Of a stretch of 64,000 nt of DNA, positions 42,481 to 56,699 are shown in pieces; position 1 is the stretch's first letter; every line of letters begins with the position of its first letter. Source of the DNA: Eledone cirrhosa. Its lineage: Eukaryota. The DNA lies in assembly GCA_964016885.1 (NCBI GenBank), contig OZ024746.1:75454001-75518000 (forward strand), in the 5' to 3' direction. The notes under the pieces were generated by a model. The model was given only the letters and a program-made list of their open reading frames with translations, was not told the origin of the DNA and did no database searches. A program made the translations under genes and the position numbers.

Positions 42481-42562
42481 CTGTATTGATAGTCTGTAGT
42501 ACGTGGACCGGGAAAACCACAAATCGGAGATATACTCGATACATAGTATGGTGCAGGGAGGT

Positions 42563-42679
<117 letters not shown>

Positions 42680-42772
42680 GCACTCTGCACCATACTATGT
42701 ATCGAGTACTTCTCTTTTTTTTTTTAAAGAAAACGATATTTCGTCATATGTATATATATATATATATATATA

Positions 42773-43600
42773 TACGAGGTGTGTCAGAAAAGTTCCAAGA
42801 CTGATGTCACAAAAGATTTATTTCAAACCCAAACTTCACACTAAGAGTTTTCTCCTTCAAAGTTATCCCCCTGGAGTCTAATGCACTTTTTCATCCTTTT
42901 CTGCCACGCTTGCATGCACTCCTGGAAGGATTCTTCCGGAATCCTCCGCAGTTTTCGTCTTCACAGCCTTTTTGAAGTCGTCCACGTCTTCAAAACGGGT
43001 CCCCTCCGGGTCGTACTCGAAGATCCATGACTTATCACCGGTGATGACTGTCCCTAGCAAGTCTGGTTCGGTTTCAAGACGCTCGAAGATGTCCTGGCAC
43101 ACTTGCATGCGTCGACCCTTCTGGTCATCGTTCAGCAGTTTTGGCACCATCTTCGCGCAGACTTTCCGCATGTCCAAATCTTCAGTGAGAATCTTCCAGA
43201 CGCTGTCCCGATTCATGCCCAGCTCATTTGCCATCAGTCGAACAGTCAGCCGACGATCGCTACGCACCATCTGCCTGACGCGCTCAACGTTGACCTCAGT
43301 CCTGGTTGTTGAGGTCCTTCCGCTCCTCGGGTCATCTTGCACCACTCAAAAACACGTGAGCGTGACATCGTCTCATCTCCATACACTTGCTGCAGCAATC
43401 CCAGTGTTTCTGATGGAGTTTTCCCCAACCGTACCAGAAACTTCGAGTTTGTTCGTTGCTCTATGCTCATTACTTGACGACCTGAAATAGAGGACATGTA
43501 TATAAAATTATGAAGAAAAAAGTTTGATCGCTGCAGAGAGCTAAGATTACAGTTACATACTCCAGGGGGATTACTTTGAAGGAGAAAACTCTTAGTGTGA
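42773..43600 (-). mobile_element. Mariner transposon remnant (frameshifted, internally deleted transposase)
   Basis: SIEQRTNSKFLVRLGKTPSET..VYGDETMSRSRVFEW; DDPRSGR..RSDRRLTVR..KVCAKMVPKLL..VITGDKSWIFEYDPE..RFEDVDD..GDNFEG; end TA|CGAGGTGTGTCAGAAAAGTT. Confidence 0.9.
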
Positions 43601-43871
43601 AGATTTCTGGTTTTCCTTGATTAACAAGTCTGGTGTGCAGATTGGGGCTGGAGTCGGGTCTATAACACAAATATGGATCTAGAGCCACTCATCTGTGAAA
43701 CGTTTGTAACTGAGCCTAATCAATGAAAACCTCAACGTGAAACCTCGTTTTGTTCTTCTCTGACCGCTATTCTGTTCATGAAGAGGTTGTGTATGAACCC
43801 AACTCTTTGCTGTGATCATCCGTGTTTGAGTCTCCTATAATTTATATATAATTGATGTGATTTTTGTTGTT

Positions 43872-43971
43872 TTAATACTGGTCTGAGGATCAGGCGGACT
43901 TGGAGCCTGATCTAGAATGCCAATCCAAATCATTAACCGGCTGCTTGAGAAACATTTGTAACCAGGATTGA
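43872..43971 (+). ncRNA. Type I hammerhead ribozyme (CUGAGGA core)
   Basis: TTAATACTGGT-CTGAGGA-TCAGGCGG..CTGCTTGA-GAAA-CATTTG-TA-ACCAGGATTGA. Confidence 0.7.
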
Positions 43972-44006
43972 GTAATAAATCTCCTATGTAACACCTCTAC
44001 TTTGTT

Positions 44007-44075
<69 letters not shown>

Positions 44076-44235
44076 AGATCAATTCTGGACTAAAATTTAG
44101 TCCAGAATTAGCCGTCGAAACGGCTTGAGCTCAGCCGTCGGGGTCCTACTCGTTCCTATTACCCACTCTACTACCCTAAGTATTGAGTACTTTGGTGCGT
44201 TATGGTCCATCTAGTTCCTTACCACATTTCCTTCG

Positions 44236-44240
<5 letters not shown>
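44076..44240 (+). mobile_element. Family A element retaining hairpin AATTCTGGACTAAA/TTTAGTCCAGAATT
   Basis: Hairpin precedes GAAACGGC..GCCGTC; tail ends TTCGTTA(TA)n. Confidence 0.75.
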
Positions 44241-44316
<76 letters not shown>

Positions 44317-44423
44317 CTAAAATATTGCCTGTTCTATAGTTGACGCGTGCTACAGTAAAAATATTTCGGTGTATAAATGCTTGAAACTGCGATTATCCTT
44401 AGCTTTCTCTTTCTCTTGTGACT

Positions 44424-44467
<44 letters not shown>

Positions 44468-44629
44468 GGGTGTGTGTATGTGGTATATTGGTATGTATAT
44501 GTATACATATGTACATGTGTGTAAGTGTGTCTCTATGTATATATGCTGCATATAGATATTTACATATACACATGCACACATATGTATATGTATGTATGTA
44601 CATATGTATGTATATATATATACCATATG

Positions 44630-44771
<142 letters not shown>

Positions 44772-45276
44772 CGTGTGTGTGTATCTGTGTGCTTGTGTAC
44801 GTGTGAGAACTAACTTATTGAAAATCTAACTGATACTAATTGTCTTTAAGATTCTTATATTTAGTGTAACATTAAAACAACATCTTACGTCAATGAGCCT
44901 GTCAACATTTCGAGTGTCATTTACTCATTATCAGGTCGTAGTAATAAGTTAAGTCGATCATGTTGATTCTTGCTACAAAAACATAACCCCGCCTGTCAGT
45001 TTTGTCACGTGTTGATGTGTCTTATATTCATTATATAATAAGTCATATATAAAGTTGTTATTGACCCCGCCAAAATCTGTTATCATTCAAATCAACAAAT
45101 TTAAAAGATTTCTATTTAAATCAAAATCTTCCAGCGTTATTTTATATTAGAAATGTAAGTTATGTTGCAATTTTAGTAATGAAATAGTTAAGTTTGATTA
45201 ATCTCTCAAAATGCTTCATTAATTGATTGAAATAGACAATATTTTATGAGATGTATGTTTACGATAGGGTTTAAAC

Positions 45277-45869
45277 AAGAGGTTCTCAAACTTTTGAGCC
45301 ACCGCCACCCTTACGGCCACATAATACCCTCAGCGCCCCCTAACCGTATTTTCAGAGAGACCACCCTACATGCAAATTGTACGTAATATATGATAAATAA
45401 AATTGTTAATTTATATATTATAAATAATATAATATATACTATGTATAAATAACTATTATATATGAATGTATGTATAGTATATTTGGCAATATACCGTATG
45501 TTTAATTAAAAACATTTTGAAGACCATACGCTATCGGTTTTAAAGTAGTGACTATGTCACTTACTTCTTTTCGGCGAAAGAAGGGAGAGAAGCTAACAGT
45601 CTGTTTCACGCTGTTTGGCGATCATCAGAGCCACGCACTCCGTGCTTCCGCCGAAAATTATATTGCCAAATATACTATACATACATTCATGTATACATCG
45701 CTATTTCAGAGCACCAATCCTAATAAATATTGTATATTTTTTTTATTTTACTATATTTATACATAATATGCATCATTTGGTATTTAATATCCTATTACAT
45801 CATCTATACCGCCCACTGGACCTTCTCAGCGGCCCCGGGGTGCGGTAGCGCCTACTTTGAGAATCTTTG
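45277..45869. mobile_element. hAT (Charlie-like) MITE carrying a nested family E element
   Basis: TIRs AAGAGGTTCTCAAA / TTTGAGAATCTTTG; 8-bp TSD GTTTAAAC. Confidence 0.75.
45568..45657 (-). ncRNA. Type I HHR (family E copy 2)
   Basis: Near-identical to 31503-31592. Confidence 0.8.
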
Positions 45870-46260
45870 GTTTAAACCTTAGTTGTTGTATTTCTCATGT
45901 TTGTCTATTGGGCATGGTGTTAGTTATTTGTATTAGAAAATATTTTCGTATGTAGTTTACGGTAAACGTATCACTCAACCAGACAGAGAGACAGAAGGAT
46001 AGGACAATAAGCCACTATATATTATATCGGGAATTTTATTAGAAATTCAGCTGGCGAATTTATTAATATCTATAGACGAGCCCCACCTAAAATACTCATC
46101 GCTTTGTTATCTATTCTATGGTCCTATTGAGACTGTACTCCTTTTATTGTCCCGCAATAAAAATATCTATTTATGTTATAAATTATCCGCAACAAATTAA
46201 TCCATACCAAACATGCATTAAAGGTACGTTATATATATATATATATATGTACTGTATATA

Positions 46261-46314
<54 letters not shown>

Positions 46315-46341
46315 TATATATACTGTATATATATATGTATA

Positions 46342-46409
<68 letters not shown>

Positions 46410-46412
46410 TAT

Positions 46413-46451
<39 letters not shown>

Positions 46452-46724
46452 TATATATATATAGATATATATATATTAGTTTTGCGAGGTTTTTGATATG
46501 AAATCGTGTGTCGAAACAAATATTGTTATACTTGGGGAGGGTACTATACGAACATGTCAGACAACAACACGACGGTAACATAGACAACATAGAAATTAGA
46601 ATAATATCTAAACATAGAAATGACCCAGCAGATAGGCAAAATAGAACTTAGAAGGCCAAGGCTAAACAGAAAAAATTAATGGAATAACAACACCCAAACA
46701 AACAACACTGACCTAAGAGAAGTA

Positions 46725-46775
<51 letters not shown>

Positions 46776-47000
46776 ATACACAAGCACAATAACAAACACA
46801 TATATACACACGCTAGTAAACTAAGATAGAATACAATAACCAATACACAGTCACCCAAACACGAACACACATCAAACAAAACACTATACACACACGCAAA
46901 CGCATGCGCAGAGAAGACAAAAAAAGAAACAAATAAATAAATAAATAAACAGACTAAATAAAGATGGCGTAGGCTTACAATGCAACGGGAGGAAACATAA

Positions 47001-47047
47001 TAGCACAACTGACGATGTTGCAGATGTGCAACGAAAGAACTTTGTTA
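47001..47047 (+). ncRNA. HHR variant candidate
   Basis: TAGCA-caa-CTGACGA-T-GTTGCA-GATG-TGCAAC-GAAA-GAAC-TT-TGTTA. Confidence 0.55.
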
Positions 47048-47240
47048 GACTATATATATGTGTTTGAGTCTATATTGTATTTGTATTTTTGACCGTTGGT
47101 CAGTCAATGGTAACATTGAGGACCAAATAAATTAAATTAACCGATATAAAGACACAGAAGCGAAAACCAACCAAACAGTGAGTGTGTTCTGTTATTAATT
47201 CTGGCAATATTATTACACAAATATGACCCTGCCCAAGTAT

Positions 47241-47292
<52 letters not shown>

Positions 47293-47527
47293 CTTACTAT
47301 ATATTGTTAATCGGCTCAGTATTTATACTTAGAGCTTAATGGTTACAGGGTTCTAATTCATATATATATATTTCGGCTCTCTTACAGGATGAGCTATTAA
47401 GTTGTGCGTGTTGGACTGTTATTTCTGTTCAACACGCGCTTACCACGTTTGGCTGGCGAAGCACGAGGTGATGAATTCATCTTTCTGTGTGAACGTTGGC
47501 AAATAGTGTTTGTGGCATTTAATCGCA

Positions 47528-47609
47528 ATCTCTCGCTGATGAAGCCCAGGATTATCTGTTACAAACACACTCAGGGCGAAACAGATTAGGGATAATCTGT
47601 CCGAGAGAT
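47528..47609 (+). ncRNA. Canonical full type I hammerhead ribozyme
   Basis: ATCTCTCG-CTGATGA-A-GCCC-26-nt loop-GGGC-GAAA-CAGATTA-GGGA-TAATCTG-TC-CGAGAGAT; GUC site, predicted cut after 47601. Confidence 0.92.
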
Positions 47610-47764
47610 ATAATGGTTATTGAGGCGGTTTGTATTATTTGATAATATATTTTTATTTTCATTTCGTCATTCTGTCTGTTTCTTGGTTAAATATTTCAAG
47701 CATATGTGGTTTTTCAACCCTTGTAATTTTAGACACACGGTTTACTGTGTTTCTTACTATATAT

Positions 47765-47823
<59 letters not shown>

Positions 47824-47885
47824 ATATATATATATATATTGTTATACTTGGGCAGGGTCATATTTATATGTATATATATGTATAC

Positions 47886-47923
<38 letters not shown>

Positions 47924-48051
47924 AAAGTTCTATTTAAAATTGTTGGGATACAACAAGTAAATATTTTATAACTGATATAAAGCACTCGACAAGTTTTTGG
48001 AGTAGATATACGATATTAAATAAATGGAAACTATATTTATAAAACCATATT

Positions 48052-48116
48052 TATTTCATTATACATATTTCAGGGATACCAAATTAAAATATGGTATGCC
48101 TTCATCAGACAAAATA
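48052..48116 (-). ncRNA. Minimal type I HHR
   Basis: TATTTTGT-CTGATGA-AGGCATACCA..TGGTATCCCT-GAAA-TATGTA-TA-ATGAAATA; same stem III as 1001-1061. Confidence 0.75.
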
Positions 48117-48742
48117 CAATATATAAACAGTTTTATAAATATTTTTGACGTACCCTATTAAATGCAACCATTATTTTTGGAAGCTGTCTGGATAGATAGC
48201 TGTCTGGATATATATATATATATTTGTATATATATATATGTGTGTGTATACATGTATATATATATGATGGCTGCCCCCTCGTTATCGAGTCTGGCCATTG
48301 CTCGATATACCATTATTAATAATTATTAATTAATTCCGTCATGCAATGCCTGTGCGTGAAGATATTTTTTAAAGTGAGGAAAGATTGTGCACTGAGCCAA
48401 TCCCATTCTCTGAGCGACAGTAGCTATAACCCGAAAAGAAGAAAAGATCAACATCATCGGTAACTACTGGGCCGCAGGTTTTATAGCGGAGTTATCCTAG
48501 TTTCCTGAGTTGCCTTCTCCTAGAAGAATACCCTGACAAAAGCTAGGGGTCCTTCACTCCCAGTGGTTTAACTGCGCGGTACATGTGTATATACATATTT
48601 ACACACATTTGGATGGCCGTTAATTCTTATGAGTTCTTCCGCACTTTGTCAGGTTTTGTTTTTTGTCCTGCAGGGTGTCCAAAATCACCCTCCTCACCAA
48701 GTAAACTTGGTGGGGTTGCCGGTTTAGTCGTCGACGACCCGA

Positions 48743-48867
<125 letters not shown>

Positions 48868-49314
48868 TATAACGTATGTCCATAGAATCATTTGATAATA
48901 TATATACACCATTTCCTCTCCCAATTAGCATAATCAACCACACAAAAAAAACAATTAAACCAGGCTATAAGATTAAAAGGCACCAATGAAGAAATAGTAA
49001 ATAAATAAACGACAGCAATCTATTCGCGATCAACCGCTATAGAATATTTACCCAACATTTCAATACCACGTGGAAATCGATTAAATATACCGTCAACCAT
49101 ACACAATTAGGTATAAAATTAAAGTTAGAAGAAAAAATGCATATACACATACCAGGAATACGTTTCTACCCTTAAGGTTTCGTTCGATTCTATGGACATA
49201 CTTTATAGTATATTGCTCTGATTATTTAATTTATTAATTCATCATTGAGCCACATCGTGAATGGTTGCCAAAACATATATATCTGTGACTTTGTCTAGTT
49301 TGTGTATATGTAAA

Positions 49315-49695
<381 letters not shown>

Positions 49696-50609
49696 GGAAA
49701 AGAGAGATTGCCGACCGAATAAGCAACAAATACGGTGGAAAATACAGTAGTACACGAATGGGTGTGTAAGGGGTGTAGATAGATTGGTGCACCAATGAGT
49801 CATAATGATGATGCTGAGGGGAAAAAACAACTCCTCCACTTCTTTCTCATCAATACAATCATCATGTACATAGACTTAAAGAAGCATTTATAGGAATAAA
49901 ATAGAATATAACTTAATTCTAGATGGGTAAAATGTCGACCAAACTTAAATATGGAATGATACGCGATGCCGCGCCCCCCCCCCCCCACACACACACACAC
50001 CCACACACACACACACACAGAGCCCCGGTGGACAGAAGGAAGACGCCATTGATAGATAGAGCAGCAGGGAATAGAAAGAATAGAATTGCAATCGGCAAAA
50101 TCATCATTAGTTCTTATCACTGCTTATTTATTATATCTACTGTTGGGGCGGTGGATTGTCAGTATCGGTAGAGGGTCGGACGCCATGCTCTGCAGCATAT
50201 AGTTACGACCCTTTATGATCTGAGTTCAAATCCCGCCGAGGTTAACTTTGTCTCTTTGGGGGCGATTTAATCAACTTTCCCCTTCCCACAAAATTGCTGG
50301 CCTTGTGCCTATATAAGAAACCATTGTATCTACTGTTCAATCTACGAAACCTAATGACTGATATGTTACTAGTTTTAGTTTGGTCGTCTAAACAGTCACA
50401 CGCAAAAACTTTCACACTCACACACACATATACACAAACATAAACACACGTAAACACACAAACACATACATACACAAACACATTGACGCGCACACACACA
50501 CAACACACGCACACGTACACACACACGTGCGTTCAATCAGACAACGTTGAGACGAATCGTTATATAAAGATATGCAGAGACACAGGCACACACATATGTA
50601 TATGTGTAC

Positions 50610-50653
<44 letters not shown>

Positions 50654-50837
50654 GTGTGTGTGTGCGTGTGCGTGTGTGCAGGTGTGTGTGTGTGCGGACA
50701 CACAACTGTATAAATACACACACACACAAACATGCATATATATACATGGCTCTGGGCCCACACACACTCATATGTGTATGTACACAACTGTATAGGGTAT
50801 TTATATATATATATAAATATATATATATGTGTGTGTG

Positions 50838-50875
<38 letters not shown>

Positions 50876-50893
50876 TATATATATGTGTGTGTG

Positions 50894-50979
<86 letters not shown>

Positions 50980-51021
50980 GATGTATGTATATATATATAG
51001 ATGTATGTATATATATATATG

Positions 51022-51053
<32 letters not shown>

Positions 51054-51286
51054 CATACATACATACATACATATATAGACTTACATAAGTATATCTTATC
51101 GCCAGCAGCGACATAGTAAAAATCTTGTCCAAATAAAAATCTTAAAATGAAAAGAAAACATAATTAAAAGAGATTTCTAGTGAAAACAATGCCTGAAATA
51201 GATGCTATCCAATGTAAATACCATTTAGTATGTTGGTGTTGTTGTTGTTGTTGTTGTCAGTCGACATGACATCCTGTTTCATAATA

Positions 51287-51582
51287 AAACACAGACTAAC
51301 AGCAGGTTATCCGACTTAGCTGGAATTTTCATTGAAAAGCAGACGATTGTTATGGAGGCGAAACTGGCTACAAATTTCTAACGGAGCTAGTTCTACTCCC
51401 ATCATGGAGACGTTATATGCTTTGTATTCTCTTCTTCTATCCGTCCTTCGTGTAAACGTCTCCATGATGGGAGTAGAACTAGCTCCGTTAGAAATGTGTA
51501 GCCAGTTTCGCCTCCATAACAATCGTCTGCTTTTCAATGAAAATTCCATCTAAGTCGGATAACCTGCTGTTAGTCTGTGTTT
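51287..51582. repeat. About 128-bp inverted repeat with 40-bp spacer
   Basis: 51287-51414 vs 51455-51582, two visible mismatches. Confidence 0.9.
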
Positions 51583-51640
51583 CACTGGGAAACATTTTTC
51601 AGCATTTTCTTTTCCTTTTTACTATAAATATATATATATA

Positions 51641-51740
<100 letters not shown>

Positions 51741-52012
51741 TATATATATATATTTATAGTAAAAAGGAAAAGAAAATGCTGACAAATTTTTCCCAATGAA
51801 AAATAGTTTAATTAGGAATAAGTATAAATTAGTAATTTAGTATTAGTTAGTATTCAGTTTTAGTTTTAAATTTTTACCGGTTGCGCATTTCTTATGCTTT
51901 TCAAACATAATTTTGAGATAGAGTGCTCTAATCTGATCAGTTTTGGAAATTCTTCCTGTTTTATGTGAAAAAAGTGGCTTGGAAGGTATTAAGATTTGGT
52001 TGGTCGTTGAAT

Positions 52013-52148
52013 GTCACGTGAATAAGCACTATAAATTTCGCGCCAATTCGTGTTACAAAAATTCTTGTAGTCAAAACAATTTTGATTCGTCGGTAGAAGT
52101 CACGTGAATGTTTAAATTGATTTTAGCGCGAGCTAGTTTCGCGCCAAA
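52013..52148. promoter_or_regulatory. Candidate cis-regulatory module: two E-box GTCACGTGA and two E2F-like TTTCGCGCCAA
   Basis: Motifs at 52013, 52036, 52099, 52137 in CpG-containing non-repetitive sequence. Confidence 0.35.
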
Positions 52149-52235
52149 TGTAGGTTTGTCGAAGAGTGTCCTTTCCCACTTGATTGAGTTGCAGTCATAT
52201 TGAGAGGTCAACAGTTCAGGTGTCTATTAAGACAA

Positions 52236-52282
<47 letters not shown>

Positions 52283-52954
52283 TAGCAAAGTGGATCATTG
52301 TTGTGATAATGGAAATGAATCGGTCAGTAGGAATGTGTGTGTACGTGTGTGTGGGTGGGGGGATTTTAACATGTTGAAACATATTTTTCACCTCTTGTCT
52401 TATACGGAGAAGTGTGTGTGTGTGTGTGTGTGTGTGTTTGTGTCTGTCTGTATGTTAGTGTGCGCGTGTGCATGCGTGTGTGTGTGTGTGGATGGACCAG
52501 TATTTTTGTGGTACTGGTAAAAATGGCGTACATATTATTCGATATTTACAGCCATTTGCAAAAACGATTCTCTCAAAAGAACATCAATAACATCAATAAC
52601 AAAAGAGGTGAAATGATGTATAGTATTGTCATAACACCAAGGTGTGTGTGAGTGTGTCCAGATTGTACGTACTGCAAGGGGAATCCATTAGGCCCTGCTG
52701 TATGGGATACTTGTATACAAATATGTATGCACCCATCAATATGCAATACGTGTGTGCGTATGTGTATGTGTGCGTGTTGGCACGTGTATATCTATAAACA
52801 TCAAAAGGTATGCACATTTGTGTATATTTGTGTTGCACCATAGAACATGTGTGTTTACATATGTCATTGTGTTTATATGTGGATAGAAATGTATGTAGGA
52901 TGTATGCTGATGTAGGTATGTATGTCAACGTGTGTATGTTGTGGGTTCGTCTTG

Positions 52955-52987
<33 letters not shown>

Positions 52988-52989
<2 letters not shown>

Positions 52990-53108
52990 AACGAAGGAAG
53001 TGTGGTAAGGAACCAGGTGGACCATAACGCACCAGAGTACTCGATACTGGGTAGTAGAGTGGGTAATAGGAAAAGAGTCAGGACCCCCACGGCTGAGCTC
53101 TTTTCCTG
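52988..53108 (-). mobile_element. Family A element (short)
   Basis: Tail plus arm ending GAGCTC, then an inverted TTTTCCT remnant. Confidence 0.7.
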
Positions 53109-53110
53109 TA

Positions 53111-53225
<115 letters not shown>

Positions 53226-54948
53226 TATTGACAAAGGAATATTACTTCACCTAAACTTAAAAGGAATGAAAGTCAAAACTGTCCGCATACAATCAGATTG
53301 TATCACATAAAGCTTTTGCAGTCTCAATCCTTTCTTTCCTTTCTTGCTGCTGGCTTTATCATCCTCTCTTCTGGCTTTATCATCGTTCTCCGTTGCTTTT
53401 TAGCGTCAAGTTCGATCGAGTAGAACAGACTCTGATCAAACAGTCAAGCCAGTTCCGGCACTACCATTAAAGCTAACTAGGCAGCTGCCTATGGCACAGA
53501 TTTCAGAGAAGATCATTACTGAACTTTATATACATATTTGTCTAATTAGATTAAATATATAATAATTTCCTGCAATCAATAAATAAAGTCCTAAATATCT
53601 TCGCCGCATAATAGCGTTGTGGAAATATCTAAAGCAATGGAGTGGACAGTATGGTGTTATGATCTGCCACATGATTTGGCGTGAGTGTAGACTATGATTA
53701 GTGTATAAGAAGTGCCAACAACTAGGTTCGTCAGTTTTGTAAACTTTTAAGTTTTAAGGTAATATGACGCACATTGTAGAACTAGTTAAGTTCGCTAACT
53801 TCTTAGGCGCTGGCTCTAATTCCAGCCATGGTCATTCTGCACTAGACTCAAACAGTATGTATCGAGAAGAGAGCTGGGAAACCTTTCAATCTGAATATCC
53901 ATTTGTAGCTAAATGAAAAATATGCATAATTGAGACTATCAGAGCTGCATAATTCATTATAAACAAAAATAAATTCAATAAAACATGAATTCAGTTAATT
54001 TCTTTCTTAATTAATGCTATTTGGACTTTGAATCTTATCTAAAATGACTTCAATGTCCGTGACATTTATTTTAATACAAATTTCATGGCGTCTAAGAGTT
54101 TCGGAGCCGCATGTTTGACCCCTTCACATAGGAATGCTGTGGCCACTGATCTAGAAATACACTATGTATTTTCTCCATTCCTTTTCACCGTGAAAGGTAG
54201 AATGTAATTTCGTGGAGATTTCTTTGCTATTTCTAGCAAGTCAAGCGACCACATTGGTAACTGATCTTCCACGTTATATCCTGTTACATCTGGAATGTTT
54301 CCAGACCAAACAAGACATCTTAAGAATTGAAGTACCACAGAATCAGTTGTTGTCAGCGTAAAGGTCATGGTAGGACTGGATTTCTGACACCACATCAAAG
54401 CACTTAGCTTCTCTTTTTTCATCGACGCCGTGAAATACTTGGTCTTTTTTTTTGTTTTGTTTTTTTTCTGGTTTCTCACAATGTCGAAAGTATTCCATCA
54501 ATATTATCTAAATACTGTTAACATATAGTTCAAGAGCCACTCGAGATTGTCACTTCCCCCACTTCACCAACCCACACTCATGCACACAGCATATATATCC
54601 TATCACTAACCACCACACTTAATATATATATATATTATATTATATTATATTATATTATATATTATATTATATTATATTATATTATATTATATTATATTAT
54701 ATGTACTCTCATACGATCACATTCTGACTCTACTTCACACCCTCTCTCACACACACGCTACACACACCATCGCATCTTCATCCATACACACACACACATA
54801 CTACACACACCAACGCATCCTCACACACATACTACACATACCATCGCATCCTCAAGTACACACACACACACACATACATACTACACATACCATCGCATCC
54901 TCAAGCACACACACACATACTACACACTACACATACCATCGCATCCTC

Positions 54949-55004
<56 letters not shown>

Positions 55005-55119
55005 CATCGCACTCTCAAGCACACACACACAAACATATTCACGTCACACAATCGTCCAGCTATTATGGTTTTAACACAATTTCTAGACAAACATCAAAGA
55101 ACAAAGAGATTTTAAACCA

Positions 55120-55147
55120 TCCTCGTCGTCGTCGTCGTCGCCGCCAG

Positions 55148-55207
<60 letters not shown>

Positions 55208-55227
55208 CGTCGTCGTCGTCGACGTCG

Positions 55228-55259
<32 letters not shown>

Positions 55260-55380
55260 GTCGTCGTCGTCTGTTAGTTCAGAGTAAATTCCTAACAGAA
55301 GATTCCTAGCGAACCAGCAGCAACAACAACAACAACAACAAGAACAATAACAACGACAACGACTGAAACGATGATGACGA
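55120..55380. repeat. (GTC)n/(GCC)n/(CAA)n microsatellites
   Basis: Directly visible; source of the poly-Asp ORF. Confidence 0.9.
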
Positions 55381-55519
55381 TTTCTGTTATTGGCCACAAG
55401 GGTGCACAACGCTGGGGACAATGCAGAGACGAATAAAACAGCAACACAAAGTGGGGTTTACATTGAGTAAAAAGGGGGGATCAACAAAAGGAAGCAATAG
55501 ATATAATAATTATTATTGT

Positions 55520-56448
55520 TATCCCCAGTGCATTACTGGTGATTTATTTTATCGATCCCGTAAAGATGAAAGGCAAAGTTAATCTCGGCGAGATTTGAAC
55601 TCGGACCATAAAGGGCTGTAACTCTATGCTGCAAAGCAAGGCGTCCGACCTTCTACCGATATTGCCAATCCACGGCACTAATAGATACAATTGTTTTTAC
55701 TTTTGGCACAAGGCCAGCAATTATCCCAGTGCATTACAAGTACTTTATTTTATCGACCCTTTAAACATGAAAGGCAAAGTTAACCACGTCGGGTTTCTGA
55801 TTTAGACGCAAAGCCAATAATTTTGGGGAAAGGGAAAGTCAATAAAATCGACCCCAGTGCGTTACTGGTACTTTATTTTATCGACCCTGCAAGGATGAAA
55901 GGCAAAGCTAACCTCGGTGAGATTTGAACTCAGAACGTACAGGGCTGTAACTCTATGTCGCGAAGCATGTTCTCCGGTGCTTTGCCTATACTGGCCAATC
56001 CACAAACCCCAGTTTATACTGTTGCCTCACAAGTATTGAAAGTTCCCTCTCTCTGTTCCATTACACCTGCTTAGAAAATCATAAAATACCTTCACTTTCC
56101 TCTTCATGTAGAACTTGAAGACATTTATGAGCGCTTGACCAGAGAGGTAGATTCCTATCCTCAAAACATATTTGGTGGGTTGTCTCGAAGGCTATACTAC
56201 TCGCATGTTCAGAGACGAAATCCGATCATCATAAAGACTAATGTTTATTATAAAAATATGTGTAGATGGATTGGCAATATCGGTAGAGGGTCGGACGCCA
56301 TGCTTTCCAGCATAGTTACGTCCCTTTACGATCTGAGTTCAAATCCCGGCGAGGTTGACTTTGCCTTTCATCCTTACGGGGTCGATAAAATAAAGTACCA
56401 GTAATACACTGGGTAATTGCTGGCCTTGTGCCTAACGTAGAAACAATT
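55520..56448. mobile_element. SINE cluster (three minus-strand copies, one plus-strand copy at 56266-56448)
   Basis: Matches to the dominant SINE. Confidence 0.75.
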
Positions 56449-56699
56449 ATAAAAATAGAATGCTGCCCATCAGAAAATTCATGAGATTTTCTTCGTATTT
56501 TCTGCAACTAACAACGTTGAAGAAAATAACAAAATGATTATTTATAGGGCACATAATATAGGAATATATATGTTGGTTAATATTAAAGAAAAATACGAAA
56601 GAGAATTGTTGAAATTGGTTTAAATGACTATATAATGGTTTCTAGTATAGGCACAAGGGCAACAATATTGGAGGAGGGGTAAGTCGATTAAATAAAAAT

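Noticed and set aside
53700-53715. CTGACGA on the minus strand
   Set aside because: No stem II or GAAA follows
55083-55421. Poly-Asp/Cys ORF and apparent CpG island
   Set aside because: Explained by (GTC)n and (CAA)n microsatellites
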